DNA of 64,000 nucleotides from Alphaproteobacteria bacterium (GTDB lineage Bacteria; Pseudomonadota; Alphaproteobacteria; Rickettsiales; Deianiraeaceae): NCBI GenBank assembly GCA_025363115.1, contig JANYEN010000031.1, positions 5,608 to 69,607 of the forward strand, read 5' to 3'. Shown piece by piece: positions 62,374 to 64,000 of this stretch (position 1 is its first letter; each line of letters starts with the position of its first letter). The notes under the pieces were generated by a model. It saw only the letters and a program-made list of their open reading frames with translations, ran no database searches and was not told where the DNA came from. The position numbers and the translations under genes were made by a program.

Positions 62374-63903
62374 TTATAAGTTTAAAGATTTATTTTTCTG
62401 TATTTTGATTAATTTTATTATCGCATTATCATTAGTAATATCTGTTTCTTTTTGCAAATCATATATATAAAAAATATCTTTCTTTAAATTATTCTTAGAT
62501 AAATGTTTTATAAAAATTAGTAAATCTGGGCGATTGTTTAATTGATATTTTTCTATATAATACCGCCCATAAATATTATATTTATCTTTTGTTTTAAACA
62601 TTTCTTCAACTTTTTCTTTAATATTTATTTTAAAATCATTTCCTTCTAAAATTCTTAAATTTTGAGTTTTCTTTTTAAATACAAAATGACTGCGAGAAGA
62701 ATAATTATTTAAATCGCTATTAGCGCTTATATTTATCATGCACGCTTTATGGCTAATAATTTGTTCATATGCTATAGAAAGCATTATTTTTCTTATTTTG
62801 TTCATTAAATTGTTATTTTCAGGCAATTCTTTTAAAAAGCTTTGTATTTCTTTAGCAATTTCTCCCCTTACTTCTATCCAATCATGATTATTAATAAAGC
62901 TTATGCCTTGGGGATTATCATTTAAAAACTTTTCTTGAGCCATTAAAAATAAAGCTTTTTGAAATAAAGAAAGTTCGTCATGATTGCCTAGCATTCCCAA
63001 ACTATTGTTTTCAACTTCTAAACGCTGATCATTATACCATTTGGGTAATCCATATTGCCATTCTTTTACTAATCTTATATCTTGAGTGCCTAAAAAACTT
63101 AAATCATAAAAGAGTAAACCTATATTTTTTTTATTCCATATTTTATAACATTCGGATCGCTCGGGAGCTGTTTTATCACCAATCCCCCAATGCTCTACTA
63201 TTACATAAAAATTTTGAGTTTTTGAAGCTAAATAATTAGATATTTTTTGTTGCAATTTAGCATTTACAAAACCCGCTGCATCAATTCTAAAACCCCCTAC
63301 CCCCAAATAAATAAGCCTATCAATATAAGGCTTCCACAAATTATCAAATACAAAATTCATACTTTCGTCGTCAGCGTAATTAAAAGCTTCTACATCTTTA
63401 AATTCAGCGCTATAATTAGTTTTTAATTTAGGATAAAATTTTTTAAGCAACTTCATCTGCTTAGAATTTTTAGCGAGATGATTTAAAACAAGATCGGTCA
63501 TTATTATAATCCCCTTTTTTTGTGCTTTTTGACAAATATTTTTTAAAATTTCTTCACTGCCTTTGCTTTCTTTGGCAAATGATATATTGCCATTTTCAAA
63601 AAATAATTCATCTGATGCATAAATACTGCTATGCACGTCAACTACTCTTTCGTTAGTAAAATGTAAAAATTTTTCACTAATTGTATTTTCTTGTAAAGTA
63701 GTATGAAAAGGAGAAATTAATATAGCGGAAATTTCAGATGGCTTAGCTTCTTCAACTTTATTTAATATCGTATCAAATGTTATTCCAATATCACTATATT
63801 GCTTATACGAACCAACGTCAAACCTATAAATTGCCCCCTGAGGTTTGGCTTTAATATCGTAATTAGCAAGTGATAGAAAGTAAAAATAAATAGAAGATAA
63901 CAT
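62374..63903 (-). CDS. GH13 (alpha-amylase family) glycoside hydrolase or transglycosidase
   Basis: 509 aa with all four GH13 regions present: MTDLVLNH, GGFRIDAAGF, VIVEHWG and LGNHDE. Confidence 0.7.
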   Translation of the reverse strand: MLSSIYFYFLSLANYDIKAKPQGAIYRFDVGSYKQYSDIGITFDTILNKVEEAKPSEISAILISPFHTTLQENTISEKFLHFTNERVVDVHSSIYASDELFFENGNISFAKESKGSEEILKNICQKAQKKGIIIMTDLVLNHLAKNSKQMKLLKKFYPKLKTNYSAEFKDVEAFNYADDESMNFVFDNLWKPYIDRLIYLGVGGFRIDAAGFVNAKLQQKISNYLASKTQNFYVIVEHWGIGDKTAPERSECYKIWNKKNIGLLFYDLSFLGTQDIRLVKEWQYGLPKWYNDQRLEVENNSLGMLGNHDELSLFQKALFLMAQEKFLNDNPQGISFINNHDWIEVRGEIAKEIQSFLKELPENNNLMNKIRKIMLSIAYEQIISHKACMINISANSDLNNYSSRSHFVFKKKTQNLRILEGNDFKINIKEKVEEMFKTKDKYNIYGRYYIEKYQLNNRPDLLIFIKHLSKNNLKKDIFYIYDLQKETDITNDNAIIKLIKIQKNKSLNL

Positions 63904-64000
63904 CTAGACCAAATTTAATATTTTTTTTAACTAAAGCAATAAATTTTTTTAATTAAAATGTCAATTTCGTTAGAATCATATCTTTTTTTTAGTTTTATTT

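Overview
This is a very AT-rich, gene-dense bacterial window, read by eye with no search tools. Most of it is housekeeping DNA, and the gene content points to a reduced, host-associated genome, probably alphaproteobacterial (Rickettsiales/Holosporales-like). That placement is inference only. It rests on pccA, a short RNase D, a lone HK97/GTA-type portal gene, TolA-like and AsmA-like envelope proteins, alpha-type RpoH promoter motifs upstream of dnaK and clpB, and tRNA-Ile(GAU) and tRNA-Ala(UGC) standing alone rather than in an rRNA spacer. Recognisable genes are listed in the features: gltX through the trp cluster, then lipA through rnd, then clpB through a GH13 enzyme. The trp cluster is complete, with trpD-C-F-B-A transcribed divergently from a fused trpE-G. 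The clearest accessory region is about 50.8-57.1 kb. An intact tRNA-Ile and a degenerate direct copy of its 3' half bracket about 6.2 kb. This stretch holds decayed reading frames and a frameshifted IS1595-family element with identifiable inverted repeats. It also holds an inverted 88-bp fragment of a second IS copy. Between the IS ends lies an intact 1107-aa modular protein with two LRR-like repeats, Ig-like modules and a C-terminal trypsin-like serine protease. Immediately beyond the tRNA is a 659-aa type IV pilin-like protein with a large repeat and Cys-rich insertion. Smaller oddities: an ImmA/IrrE-like peptidase with HQxxH instead of HExxH, coupled to a small 2-TM protein. A heme-oxygenase-like di-iron enzyme next to a LysE exporter. 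ATP synthase genes scattered (atpG sits at the end of the yidC-ftsY-lspA string, and an 82-aa atpC-like gene stands alone). An IS982-family transposase relic. A 425-aa orphan protein. No CRISPR array, rRNA gene or intact prophage was seen.
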